A DNA stretch of 64,000 nucleotides. It comes from Eledone cirrhosa (Eukaryota). The position numbers and the translations under genes were made by a program. The stretch spans positions 14,632,001 to 14,696,000 of the forward strand of contig OZ024748.1 of NCBI GenBank assembly GCA_964016885.1, read 5' to 3'. Below are positions 28,337-42,716 of this stretch, one piece after another; position 1 is the first letter of the stretch; each line of letters opens with the position of its first letter. The notes under the pieces were generated by a model. That model saw nothing but the letters and a program-made list of their open reading frames with translations. It was not told the origin of the DNA and ran no database searches.

Positions 28337-28526
28337 CTGCTTTCCATTGGAACTCTTGTTGACCCATGGTAGAATAACAACACATTAAAATAAGAAGCAA
28401 TCTTCCGGTTGTGTCTACTTTTCTTCTCCTTTGGTACTTTCCATCTTCCATGCTCATCAAGTGGAAGGCAAACGTCAGCGAATCTCTTTTCTATTGCATA
28501 TCTACAGTGGATCAAACATAGGGATT
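28337..28526 (-). CDS. Candidate 190-nt spliced exon of an unidentified host gene
   Basis: Strong acceptor ttctttctcttgtttctgttttcacAG and donor CAG|gtcaga; non-repetitive; one frame fully open, another gives MSMEDGKYQRRRKVDTTGRLLLILMCCYSTMGQQEFQWKA (signal-peptide-like). Confidence 0.4.
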
Positions 28527-28684
28527 CTGTGAAAACAGAAACAAGAGAAAGAACAACCAATTAAATACATTGTTTCAAATGTTAAAACAGAGATGTATAT
28601 ACACACACAAATATATATTGTCATGATGATCATCATCATCATAATTTTACATGTTTTCTATGGTGGCACGGGTTGGACAGGTTG

Positions 28685-28734
<50 letters not shown>

Positions 28735-29167
28735 TGTGTACACATACATATATATATGTATGCATGTGTACACATACATATATATATGTATGTATATGTG
28801 TGTATATATATATATATTTATGTATATGTGTGTTTATATATATATATATATATTATATATATATATATATATTATATTATATATATATATATATATATAA
28901 AGACTGCATTTGACAGCTCCCATTATTTTTCTTAAAGAAAAAAAAAACTACATTCTGAAAACCAAATTGACATATTGGCAGTTTAGCCAATACTGATGTC
29001 ATTTTAATTAAACTAATTCTTGAGAAAGAATCGCCATAATTCACACAACTGTTTGTTAATTCTTTCCAATATAAGACATCCTATAATTCGTTACAGATGG
29101 TTCTGATTATCTGATTAGATAACATTGATTGACTCTTTAATGAAAATCATTAAAAATCAATGTTTAA

Positions 29168-29699
29168 CCCTTTTCATATCAGTCACAGAGTATCTTATCT
29201 ACCTCCAGTTCAAAGTGTTTATATCTATTTAAAAACTGTCCAGTTATGTAAGTACCTTTGTTAAGTTATGTTCCAAACATCAGCTAAATATTTTTTTTTA
29301 ACATTGGCGCATGGCCAAGAATTAGGGGGAAGGCGTGAGTTGATTATATTGACTCCAGTAATTGAATGGTACACCACCTCATCAGTTTAATAATGAGAAA
29401 ATCAATTATATTACTAACTCCCTCCAAATTCGAAGATATTTTCAAAATTATTTTTGAATTACTGTGTATACTCAAATTTAAGCTGAGGAATATGTAACCA
29501 AAAAATAGATGGTAGAGAGGGGTTCAGCTTATATTTGAGGTTAACCATTTATTTGTGTGATTTTCACCAACTTCAAATTCTAAGTAAATAAGTTTTGGAT
29601 TTTTGTCCATTTCTCAGACATAAAATAGTAGTGTTGGCTTATATTTGAGTATATATGGGATATGATGTGCCTTTTATTGTAAATATTGTAATGAAAGGG
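29168..29699. mobile_element. piggyBac-type MITE carrying nested insertions
   Basis: TTAA at 29164-29167 and 29700-29703, CCCTTT/AAAGGG ends. Confidence 0.7.
29462..29658. mobile_element. pogo/Tigger-like MITE nested in the TTAA element
   Basis: ctgtgtatactcaaatttaagctga ... ttggcttatatttgagtatatatgg inverted ends. Confidence 0.6.
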
Positions 29700-31099
29700 T
29701 TAATACTAAATGTAAATTAGAAAATATTAACAAGATAGATGTTAACTCTTCCATTACTAAATTTCTAATGAAAACACACTGCTTATGATTTTCAAATAAT
29801 TAAAAAAATAATGAAGAATGTAGAGAAATTTAATAATATAACCAATTTTCTCATTAGTAAAATGGTGCTTGGAACATAACTTAACAAAGGTTATTTCTTC
29901 AACATTCGAAAAAAACGTTTCTGAATATATATGATCACTTTCATTTCATTTTATTTTATTTTTCAAATGTAGCCACTCAATAGATTATCAAAATAAACGC
30001 CAGATTGAAATAAATACTGGTGTCAATATGAACAACTAAAACTATTAAAGATGTTGCCTCAGTATGGCCACAGTCTAAAGATTGAAACCAGTAAAATAAT
30101 AAGAATATATTTATGAATACATACATATATCTACATGCAAACACATGTAACCTTACCTATGCACATATTTGTGTGTACATAAGTATATTAATACATATAG
30201 TGACCTCCTACCCCCTTTGGCAGCTGAGATTTCAGGGGTTCTGTTTAAGTACCGATTTGGTCTGTGACATTCAGTTCAACCCATTAATATCAGAGAAATG
30301 AACATTAGATGATGATGATAATGATGATAATGAGGATGTATATTTATCCAAACACATTTATACATACACACAGACACACACTAACAAATAGTACCACACA
30401 CATATATACACATGCTTGGGTACATAAACATATTTATCATTATATATTTTACATAAAAATATTTACGCAAACATACACACACACTCATGAGATGACATTT
30501 ATACACAAACGCTAGCACACACATGCCTAAATACACATATTTGGGTACATACTTAAATACATTTATTATACATATAATTTACACAAATATATTTTCACAC
30601 ATATATACATAAAACAACATATATGCACAAATACAAGCACACATGCCTATGTATATATTTACATTATTAGGTTTGTAATTTAAGCACATCTATCCTCCCC
30701 TTCCCCACATTAAAACACAACCATATATATATGCAAATGTGCATGTACATATTTACATAGTTACATTTGTAAAGGATATGTTTACACAAACACACTTATA
30801 CATACACAACCATATACATTGACATACATGCATACCTATGTATTTTTGTTTGAATAGCAATATCACAAGGTAGAGAAAGGAGTCTTCAGTAATTTCAAGG
30901 AGATGATAACCTCTCTATTGCTGGTGCCACTAGAAAATGTATCTAGTACACCCTGTAAAGTGGTTAGTGTTAGGAAGAGCATCCAGAAACTATGTGAAGA
31001 AAGGATGACATAAATGGGGCATAGTCAGCCCAACCTGTCTAGGAAGGCAGTGGTATAGCCCTGTAACTCCTAATGAAACCATAAGGGCACTGTATACAT

Positions 31100-31355
31100 A
31101 TCATCATCATCATCATTATTATTTTATGGCCCTATACGTTCTGAGTTTAAATACTGCTGAGGTTAGCATTGTCTTTCATCCTTAAAGGGTTGATAAAATA
31201 AAGCACCAGTAATGTACTGGGGTTGATTTAATCAGCTTTACCCTCCACCCCAAAATTGTTGGCCTTGTGCCTATACTAGAAACAATTATTATTATTATAG
31301 TTATTGTTATTATTTTTATCATTATCATAATTATCATCATTATTATTTTTATTAT
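31100..31355 (+). repeat. Left arm of an inverted duplication (partner 34712-34968): SINE plus its flanks
   Basis: Near-perfect reverse complement, including the irregular (ATT/ATC) flank. Confidence 0.9.
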
Positions 31356-32094
31356 AGTTCAAATCCCGCCGAGGTTGACTTTGCCTTTCATCCTTACGGG
31401 GTCGATAAAATAAAGTACCAGTAATGAACTGGGTAATTGCTGGCCTTGTGCCTAAAGTAGAAACAATTATTATTTTTATTATACATACAGCATTTTGGGG
31501 GCATTTTAAGCCTGGCAGAGTCTATCTCTCTCCATGCCTGAGTACAGCAGATTTCTTCCAAAGAAGGATAGGAAGTGAGAGAGAGGAAGTGAGAAAGAGA
31601 TATAGAGGAAGAATCGACCCTAGTACTAGACTGGTACTTCTTTTGTCGACCTCAGAACGATGAAAGACAAAGTTGAACTCTGAGTGTAGAGAGCCAGAAC
31701 AAATACTGTAAAGCACCCTAACCCATGTTCTAATGACTACCAATTCACCGCCTCAGGAAGGCAGTAATTCTGATTAAGCAGAGAAATTTAATCGTAATGA
31801 CTTGTCCAACATATCTCAGCATGGAACATTAACTTACAATGATGATGAATACGAAAATGATGATGAATACGAAAATGATGATGAATACGAAAATGATGAT
31901 GGGTGTAAATAATTACATAGGTACATTTATACAGGAATTTATGCAGTGGCCCTTACAGAAATAGTTCAGTTTCATTCAATGATGAAATCATCAGACAGAT
32001 GATTCGCATGACAAGTAACCTCTCTACCAGATGCATTAAAGTACCTTGCTTGAATTGTGATTCCCTTCTGTTCTTTAATGGAACAGAATTCCAC

Positions 32095-32117
32095 TGTGTG
32101 TGTGTGTGTGTGTGTGC

Positions 32118-32204
<87 letters not shown>

Positions 32205-32268
32205 TGCGTGCGTGTGTGTGGTTGTGCGTGTGTGGTTGTGTGTGTGTGTACATGCGTGTGTGCGTGTC
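32095..32268. repeat. (TG)n microsatellite
   Basis: Directly visible. Confidence 0.98.
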
Positions 32269-32656
32269 CATCTGACAACCCACTTTGATTTGAAAATGCA
32301 AGGAAAATGTGCTGAATAGCAAAGTAGAGAATATTGCATATTTTGTTTTTATTATATCACACATAAGTTACTTTCTATTGTATAGACACAGAGAGAGAGA
32401 GAGAGAGAGAGAGAGGTATGTGTATATATATATATGATTAGATATATATATATAATTGTCTACATATGTATGTATTTATGTATAGCCATGGTCTAGTTCT
32501 CTTCTCTACATTTCTCATTATTTACAAATTATGCTAATGTCTTCAATATTTATTTATTCATAAAGGTGGTGATAATGATGATGATGAAGATGTGTTGCCA
32601 GACACTTAATATTCGACATAGATTTCCACTGTTTTTTGTTATATATACATATATAA

Positions 32657-32705
<49 letters not shown>

Positions 32706-32978
32706 AGATACACACCCATATATATATATATTATTTCACTGAGAAATTACATCTTCATTGCAAACCTCTTTCATCTTAACTGTCTATTTCAACATACAAC
32801 TTATTTGCTATTAAAATTTAATATCTTTTTCAACCCCCAACTACCAACAACAACAACTTTTACCTCCCCAACATTTTCTGTTGGTAATTCATTTACAAGG
32901 AACATACTGTAACTGTTTTCTTCTCCCAGCCAATCTACCGGATTTTATCTTGTATTACCAACCAGAAAAAATCTTTAA

Positions 32979-33186
32979 CCCTTTAACATTTACCTTACTC
33001 TATATCTACTATAGTATTTGCATGGTAAAGGCTTTATCTCACATAATATCGAATCTATGAGAATCTGATATTATATATTTTGAGAACAATACCTTAACAT
33101 CACTATGAGTGGCCAGTTATGACCGGTTTGAAGAGAAAAGGGTGAGAGAATTCTGGCCGGATATGGCTGGTTTAAATGCTAAAGGG
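32979..33186 (-). mobile_element. piggyBac-type MITE, same family as 2207-2402
   Basis: TTAA flanks at 32975-32978 and 33187-33190; internal homology. Confidence 0.85.
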
Positions 33187-33775
33187 TTAAAACAACTACA
33201 TTCAATGAAAGGCAATGCATTGTTGGAACTCTGTCAGTTCCGATGACTTGTGTTTCAAGGGTTTTATCAATGTGATGATAGCGTACACATGAAATTAACG
33301 TGTAAGTGGCTGAGCATTCTCACAGAGTATGACATGGCTGACTCTTTGAATTATAGGTGTAATGCATTTTTGCCAGCCGAGTACATTTGGTAAATGTGAT
33401 ATAAACAACACACCACCAGGAAGCCCAATATCTTTACACCATAAACTTGGAACATTAATAATTTATTTCTTTCTTTTGAAGGGTTGGTGTAGATGGTGGT
33501 TGTGATATTATTTAGTTCAGAGTAAAAGGTGAAGGATTTATCCATTTAAGGTGAGGAGAAACCAGAGTACAGGTAGAGCATCAGACAACATGCTTTGTGG
33601 CATACAGTTACATCCTTTACATTCTGAGTTATGGTTAGTTTAACTTTGAAATATGGTTAGTTTAGCTTTGAAACAGGGTCAATGAAATAAAGTACCAGTA
33701 ATGCACTTAAGTTGATTTAATCAACTTCCCCTCCACCAAAATGTTTGGCCTTATGCCTAAATCAGAAACCATTAT

Positions 33776-34030
33776 TTAGTTCAGAAAACTACTGCTTCTG
33801 TTGATAACAAGGGGTTTCTCTTGTCGAGTGAAAGATAGACTGTATGATGCCTGTGTGCAAAGTATGGTGTTGCATGGCAGTGGGACATAGGCAAGGAATG
33901 CTGAAGATGTGTGAAAGAGGTTGAGCATACTCTGCTGGGTGTGTAATGTTAGTATGTATGAATGGCAAAGCATGGGTGAGCTGAAAGAAAAAAACTGAAC
34001 ATATTGATCATATTGTCTGGCAACTGCATG
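33776..34030 (+). mobile_element. Decayed RTE LINE fragment
   Basis: agactgtatgatgcctgtgtgcaaagtatggtgttgcatggcagtg matches 44282-44330. Confidence 0.7.
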
Positions 34031-34152
34031 GGCTGACAGGAATGCTAATGATGGGTTCATAATTCAGCTTTACTAAAATTATAAATATTAGGAGCAGAAA
34101 TACAATAATTCATCAGTTAGCCAATATTAACTGATGCAATATATGTATATAC

Positions 34153-34205
<53 letters not shown>

Positions 34206-34711
34206 CACATTCACACACGCATATACATACATATGTATGTATACATATATATATTTATACAGTATATACATATATGTATTATTTATTTATATTATATAGC
34301 AAGCATTGTATATTGTAGTTTACTTTACATTATTCCTACACACAAATTCAGAACTATCTCCCTATGTAAACTTGAATCTTTACAAAAATCATTATTTGTA
34401 ACAAACTAACTAGCAATGGCTTACTTCCAATAATTGGCCTCCATTCATCAGTTTATTTACTCTTTAAAACTACTTAAAATTCCAGCGCCATGCTACCGTA
34501 ATCGAGCCTGGCTAAATATTGCAGCATGCTGTTTGACAAACTAATTACAGTCTGCAGATGGAATTTCATGGTTCTTCATTTCTAAAGAATCATTCGAAGA
34601 ATGGAAATCTTTGAAATTAATGTCAGACAATTTCTGTTGGAATAAAACGATCAATAATGGTTCCTGCTAAATATTGTATCATACACACACAAATGGTAGC
34701 AGAGCATATTG

Positions 34712-34968
34712 ATAATAAAAATAATAATGATGATAATTATGATAATGATAAAAATAATAACAATAACTATAATAATAATAATTGTTTCTAGTATAGGCAC
34801 AAGGCCAGCAATTTTGGGGTGGAGGGTAAAGCTGATTAAATCAACCCCAGTACATTACTGGTGCTTTATTTTATCGACCCCTTAAGGATGAAAGACAAAG
34901 CTAACCTCAGCAGTATTTAAACTCAGAACGTATAGGGCCATAAAATAATAATAATGATGATGATGATG
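34712..34968 (-). repeat. Right arm of the inverted duplication of 31100-31355
   Basis: Reverse complement alignment by eye. Confidence 0.9.
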
Positions 34969-35444
34969 TTAATGATAGTTATGATGATGATGAATACATT
35001 AGTTGAAGTATTTACATGGTTCCAAGAAATTTGACGTGTGTGTGTGTACACATGCATTTGAGTGGTTGTGTATATGTGCAATTCAATTAGACTTGAAGGT
35101 AACACAAATGTTGGTGTATCACCTGTTATTTTATTTACCTGTCCTAATATTTTGGGTCTAAAAACCCTTCACAAGAAGACATTATTTTAAAAACTATAAC
35201 ACCCTCTTGAAAATTAACATAATATAAAACTGACACCATTTATGATGAGTGATCTCTTATTAGTTTCATAAGTATGTAATCATTCATTTCATGAACTTAA
35301 TGTCTGACTTGCTAAATTAATATGTAAGTGGCTGACCATTCCACAAACATATGTACTCTTAACAGCATGATAAGGTTGGAACTTTAGAATTATAGCCACA
35401 ATCCAGCCAACAAGCTTCCACATATTTTCTGTCTACACAACTTT

Positions 35445-36056
35445 TCTCAGCCTGTGTCTAGATTATACGTATCTAAAATATAGCTATCACAGACAATATT
35501 GAAACCTATTAACCCTGTACCTATCACTTAACAACTTTTCACCATTCCTGGGTTTAGATTCATTCTGTTGAACATGTACCTTGGTTATACCCATCTCTGA
35601 CAATATTTGACCCTTTGTCTCGAACATAACCATCACTGATAATATTTCACTGTACCTGGGTCTAGATTATCCTATCAATGTTGACCCTGAATTATACCTC
35701 ACACTGACAAATATTTGAGCCTGGGTCTAGAATATACCCATCAATTACAAATATTTACTCTGGATCTAGATTACACTTATCACTGATGGTATTTGAACCT
35801 GTTAAACCTGTACCTACCACTGACAATATTTCATTGACCAGATTTAGATTATGCTATCACTGTTGACCCTCAATTATACCTCTCACTGATGAATATTTGA
35901 GCCTGGATCTAGAATATACCGATCACTGAAGGTATTTAAACCTGTTAACCCAGTACCTACCACTGACTATTTCACTGTGCCTGGGGCTAAATTATCCTAT
36001 CAATGTTGACCATGAATTATACCTATCACTGACAAATATTTTAGCCTGTGTCTAGT
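35445..36056. repeat. Degenerate ~35-40 bp minisatellite (cctgggtctagattatacctatcactgacaatatttga)
   Basis: Recurring tctaga / atcactga / aatattt motifs. Confidence 0.85.
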
Positions 36057-36427
36057 CATCAGAAATCAATATGTGTCTTGTAAGGTGTCAAAATCAATAA
36101 ACAGCATGAAAACCTCGTCGCAAATTGAAAACTCAATTTTATTTCAAATCACAGAGAAAACAAAATGGCATAAAAGAATAAAACAATAATTATCTCATCT
36201 GATGACTCGACTAACAATAACAACAACAACAACAACAATACTGATTACAACAACAATAACAATAACCTATTTAATCATTTGTCTAAGTAATTCCTTTTTG
36301 TTTACAAAATCCCACCTCCAAACAACAACAACAACATGTGTTCTCCAACAACTGTTGGCTGACAGTAAAATTACTGCTGAGAAACAGCCATATCTATCTC
36401 TATCTATTTACCTCTTTCTTTGTGTGA

Positions 36428-36517
<90 letters not shown>

Positions 36518-37261
36518 ATATATATATAAATCCCTATCTATCTATTTATCTACTGCTTTTTCTCTGTATATAATATATATATATATATAATGTATGTATG
36601 TATATATATATATATATACACTTATCCTTCCCTATCTATTTTCCAATGTATCTATCCCTGTCTCTTTCTGTGTTTCCTTTTCTCATATATGTGTCTATCA
36701 GTCATCCTTTCTATCTCTTTAGCCATCTATCTATCTATCATTATATCTCTCAATATATCTATTTACCACCTCTCCCTCCCCCTCGTTCCCACATTATTTC
36801 AATATCTCTCTCTTTCCCTACCTCTTTCTATCTGTCTGTCCCATCCTCTATTCCACACCCCCACCCACCCACTCTCTCACACACACAAACAAAGCATACG
36901 TCTATACTATACACTCTCGCCATTTCCAAGTTAGCTACATCAGAGGTTAATTACGCAACAACAACAACAACAAACAAACAATTACAAACAATAACAATTC
37001 CTACAGACAAACACAAACAAATGTTTTAAAAATCAATGTTACAATCTTGCAATGTTTTCCACTATGCCTGGCTGACTGACTGCCAACTGCCACACCCTTT
37101 AGAACATGTCACTCCATAGCTGACACTCCTCACCTAATTTTAATCAATAACCTAACAATCAGTCTCTTGTTCTTCTCTTCTCCCCAAACTCACATCAATT
37201 AGAAACGACTTACATTAAATCTTCCTCACAGCTCTTTTTATTTTTTTTATTTTATATCCTT

Positions 37262-37274
37262 CATATTATTATTA

Positions 37275-37305
<31 letters not shown>

Positions 37306-37610
37306 TGTTATCACCACCATTATCATCACCATCAACATTAACATCACCATCATTATCATTATCACCATCACCATCACCATCATTATCATTATTACCATCA
37401 CCATCATCATTACCATCACCATTATCATCATTATCAACATCATCATCACCATCATCATTACCATCACCATCATCATTACCATCACAATCACCATCAACAT
37501 TACCATCACCCTCACCATCATCGTTACCATCATGAACATCATCCTCATCATCATTATCATCATCATTATCATCATGATCATCATCACCATCATCATCATT
37601 GTTATTATTA
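37262..37610. repeat. (ATT)n/(CAT)n/(CAC)n trinucleotide array
   Basis: Directly visible. Confidence 0.97.
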
Positions 37611-37917
37611 TCACTGTTGCTGTCAACAATGTTTTACTTTGTCAAACTTTAATGCATGTGAAGAATTATTATTCTTATTATTCTTAATGGAAGTGTTAAT
37701 TAATTTAGGCTTCGAGGATCATGTGTTCATATATACCCATGCAAGTGTATATATATATAGTCACATACACATATACTTGCATACATCAATACACACAATG
37801 TATATGTATACAGATATATACGTGAGTGCGTGTGCGCTTGCATGTGTGTGTATACATTAGATTATATAGAGAAGAAGAAGTGCATTAATCCATACATGCA
37901 GGAGTGTATATGTAGAT

Positions 37918-37994
<77 letters not shown>

Positions 37995-38067
37995 AACACA
38001 TATATATATATAGGAAGAAATAGAGTGTCTTTGAGAAAGAGATATAGATAGATAAATAGATAGCTAT

Positions 38068-38115
<48 letters not shown>

Positions 38116-38325
38116 TTATATATATATGTATATAAGTGTGTGTGTGTGTGTATGTAAAGTGAATGAATATATATATACATATATATATTTTTTAAATACA
38201 CCTAAGCTGAGTAATTTAAAGAACTATATTGTGTGGTGTGCAATTGGATTTCACCAATTACATTTCTTGTAATAGAGGTATTGATTCTAGAGATGTTGGT
38301 ACCTCAAATGGTACTATTTCTTAAC

Positions 38326-39205
38326 ACCTAGGTGACCGAATTAGCAGCTGGGGTGGGTGTTCAGAAAGTACAATAACTAGGGTAAGAACGGGATGGAAGA
38401 AGTTCAGGGAACTACTGCCACTGCTAGCTGCAAAAGGCTTCTCCCTCAAAATGAAAGGCAGACTGTATGATGCGTGTATCCGAACAGCGATGTTGCATGG
38501 TAGTGAGATCTGGGCGCTGAAGGTGGAAGACTTACGTAGATTAGAGAGAAACAAAGCCTGCATGCTCCAGTGGATGTGTAATAGTAATATACGCGAACGA
38601 CAAAGCATAAATGAATTGAGAGACTGAGCATAAGAGGAATCAAATGCTGTGTGCAGGAGAGGCGGTTGCGTTGGTATGGAGAATGTGATGCGTATGAAGG
38701 ATGACAGCTGCATAAAAAGGTGCAGAGCACTAGAAGTCAATGGAAACCGCGGAGTGGGGAGACCCAAGAAGACCTGGGATGAGGTGATAAAAGCCGACCT
38801 TACCCAATTACACCTCTCAAAGGCGATGACACACGACCGTGACTTCTGGCGTCACACAGTAATACAGAGTACCCGACCTCCCATAGGTACAAGCTGAAGC
38901 ATATAGACAATATGCCCCCACACCCTCCCACTGCAAGGTGGTCGTGGAGGTGCCATGGCAAAAAAGCACCCAGCCCACACTGTAAAGTGGACGTGTAGGC
39001 ACCACGGAAAAAGCACCCAGCACTCACTGTAAATGAGGTTGGTGTTAGGAAGGGCATCCAGCTGTAGAAATCAAGCCCAAATCAGTTCCTGTATGAGCAA
39101 GGCATGGACAGCCGACCAGACTCTGCCCACAACAGGACAACCCGTCTAACCCATGCGAGCATGGAAGAACGGACGTAAAACAGTGATGATGATGATAATG
39201 ATGAT
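38326..39205 (+). mobile_element. 5'-truncated RTE LINE with probable 3' UTR and (GAT)n tail
   Basis: 38326-38912 closely matches 44149-44739 and runs directly into aggaagggcatcc...ggacgtaaaacagtgatgatgat. Confidence 0.9.
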
Positions 39206-40322
39206 GAATAATGTCTGTTGTTGTCTTCACTGATTTCATTTCCCTTTCAGATCAGTCATAACAACAACAACAACAAGTTAGAAATATTTAGAAGGAATGG
39301 AATAGTGACCTATATATAGTTGTTACTATGAGTCTGGTGGGTGGAAGGAGGAAGTTATTGAACACCTCTGTAACAGTGATCTATAAAGCTAACCATTAGT
39401 CAAGGGCAGGGTTGCAGTGATCAATATAGAATTGTTGTGATTTAGAATGTGAGGAGGGAACTATTCAGAGGGAGACTTTACTTTTAGAAGTTTCATATAG
39501 ACATATATATATATAAATATGTGAAGGCGCATGGCTTAGTGGTTAAAGCGTTGGGCTGCAATCGAAAGGTTGTGAGTTCAATTCTCGGACCGGGTGATGT
39601 GTTGTTTCCTTGAGCAAGACACTTTATTTCACGTTGCTCCAGTTTACTCGGCTGTAGAAATGAGTAACGGCCTGCCCACCCAGCCAGTGGGATGGCGTTA
39701 TCTTATGGCTAAAACATCACAACGTGCTGTGGCCAGCAGCGCCGATTGGCGCCCGACAGACTGGTCGGTCAAGGTGATATATAAATATATATATATATAT
39801 AAGACTAATGGCCCCCAGAACTCACGATGGATTTCTAGGGGCACTGTTGAGGCATTTAAAACTCGGTGGAATCCATCTCCCCCACCCGCACCCATGTCTG
39901 GACCCAACTGATTTTTGAGAGAGTGATATAAAGGAAGAATCAACCTGCAGATTGTGAAAGCACGTGGCCTAGTGGTAGGGGTGTGGGACTTGAAAGCATA
40001 ACGTTGTGAGTTTGACGCCTGTATTCTTAAACAAAACACTTCATTCTATGTTGCTCCAGTATTCTCAGCTGAAAATGAGTACCAGCTGTAGCTGGGGTGG
40101 GGGGGTTAACACTGTCAAGAGGGCAGTCTTGTATTCTCAATCAGTTAATGGCATGGAAACTGGGATAAGCGCCAACCTGATGAGCCTCCAGGCTTCAAAC
40201 AGACTTTAACTCTGTGATGAAATGGCATCCTGTCCAAATGGATGTCTCAACCACTCAGTTGCTTTACACCCTAGAAACTGAGATAAGCATCAGGCTCAAG
40301 ACAGACTTTTAGATATCTGTGG

Positions 40323-40876
40323 AATGCTCAGCCACTTACACATTAATTTCACAAACAAACTTCTGTTGTTCGAAAAACTGAAATAATTGTTTCTACTTTT
40401 GGCACAAGGCCAGCAATTATCCCAGTGTATTACTGGTACTTTATTTTATCGACCTCGTAAGGATGAAAGGCAAAGTAAACCTCAACGGCTGAATGCTCAG
40501 CCACTTATACATTAATTTCACAAACAATCTTCTGTTGTTCGAAAAACTGAAATAATTGTTTCTACTTTTGGCACAAGGCCAGCAATTATCCCAGTGTATT
40601 ACTGGTACTTTATTTTATCGACCCCGTAAGGATGAAAGGCAAAGTAAACCTCAACGGCTGAATGCTCAGCCACTTATACATTAATTTCACAAACAATCTT
40701 CTGTTGTTCGAAAAACTGAAATAATTGTTTCTACTTTTGGCACAAGGCCAGCAATTATTCCAGTGTATTACTGGTACTTTATTTTATCGACCCCATAAGG
40801 ATGAAAGGCAAAATGCTCAGCCACTTATACATTAATTTCACAAACAAACTTCTGTTGTTCGAAAAGCTGAAATAAT
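40323..40876. repeat. Tandem 169-bp unit (63-bp flank plus SINE 3' half), pattern A-B-A-B-A-B'-A
   Basis: Units start at 40323, 40492, 40661 and 40812. Confidence 0.95.
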
Positions 40877-41233
40877 ATCTATCATCAGGACGGACACATC
40901 TTTAACAGCACACCACAACATCACTATGTCAAATAAAAAAAAAACTGAACTAAAAAAGAGAATCATTTTTCTCAGAATATAGTTTCTACCTGCTGCAATT
41001 TTGGAAATGATTTCTGATAGAGAGGGAATCTGGTAATAGGTGGAACTTATTCTCTCTTCTAAAATGATATTACTACTCTGAAAATCAGCAGAAAAATTTA
41101 TTTATTCCACACACTGTTGCTATAAAATCAACTCAATTGCTTTTTTTCCCTCCTTTTCCTGATAAGAGTTATCTACTAGCATGATGATCATCCTTTCCAT
41201 TTACTGGCAAGATATCTATCTATACACACATCT

Positions 41234-41280
<47 letters not shown>

Positions 41281-41670
41281 ATATATATATATATGTGTGT
41301 GTAAGCATGGAACATGGACGTTAAACGATGATGATGATGATGATGATATATATATATATACACACATACATATATATATATACATGTATATATGTATATA
41401 TGTATATATATATACATATATATACACACACACATATATACTCATGCATACATGTATATATACATATATATATATATATGTATATATATACATAGAGAGA
41501 GAAAGATTTGTGATGTGATAGTACTATCTGTTTCTAAGTATGTTAGATCTATAAGTGAAATGAAACTAGCTATAATTGGCCAGTAGATCTAGGTTGTAGC
41601 CTTCATTATACAGCAAGAGCATCTCTTCACCTCTCTCTACCAACATTTATAATAACCTCTCTCTCTCTCC

Positions 41671-41706
<36 letters not shown>

Positions 41707-41791
41707 CTGTGTGTGTGTCTGTGTATGTGTGTATATATATATGTATGTGTGTCTGTGTATGTGTGTATATATATATATATATATGTGTGTC

Positions 41792-41834
<43 letters not shown>

Positions 41835-42040
41835 CTGTGTATGTGTGTATATATATGTGTATGTGTGTCTGTGTATGTGTGTATATATATATATGAGTGT
41901 GTCTGTGTATGTGTGTATATATATATATGAGTGTGTCTGTGTATGTGTGTATATATATATGAGTGTGTCTGTGTATGTGTGTATAAATATATGTGTGTGT
42001 GTATGTGTATGTGTGTATATATATATGTATGTGTGTCTGT

Positions 42041-42072
<32 letters not shown>

Positions 42073-42084
42073 GAGTGTGTCTGT

Positions 42085-42126
<42 letters not shown>

Positions 42127-42577
42127 CTGTGTATGTGTGTATATATATATGTATGTGTGTCTGTGTATGTGTGTATATATATATATATATATGAGTGTGT
42201 CTGTGTATGTGTGTATATATATATATATGTGTGTGTGTGTCTGTGTATGTGTATATATATATATATATATATATGTGTGTTTGTGTATGTGTGTATATAT
42301 ATATATATATGTGTGTGTGTATGTGTGTATATATATATATGTATGTGTGTCTGTGTATGTGTGTATATATATATATATATATATGAGTGTGTCTGTGTAT
42401 GTGTGTATATATATATGTATGTGTGTCAGTGTATGTGTGTCTATATATATATATATGAGTGTGTCTGTGTATGTGTGTATATATATATATATATATGAGT
42501 GTCTGTGTATGTGTGTATATATATATATATATGTGTGGGTGTGTCTGTGTATGTGTGTATATATATATGTATGTGTG

Positions 42578-42619
<42 letters not shown>

Positions 42620-42716
42620 TGTGTCTGTGTATGTGTGTATATATATATATATATGTGTGTGTCTGTGTATGTGTGTATATATAGATGTGTGTGTATATGT
42701 GTGTGTGTGTCTGTGG
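41671..42716. repeat. Higher-order microsatellite (gtgtctgtgtatgtgtgta(ta)n)
   Basis: Directly visible. Confidence 0.97.

Noticed and set aside
40160-40210. ctgatgagcc...ggc hammerhead-like string (also 44850-44875)
   Set aside because: No GAAA/UH core; it matches a SINE-type tail (gataagc..cctgatg..cagacttt)
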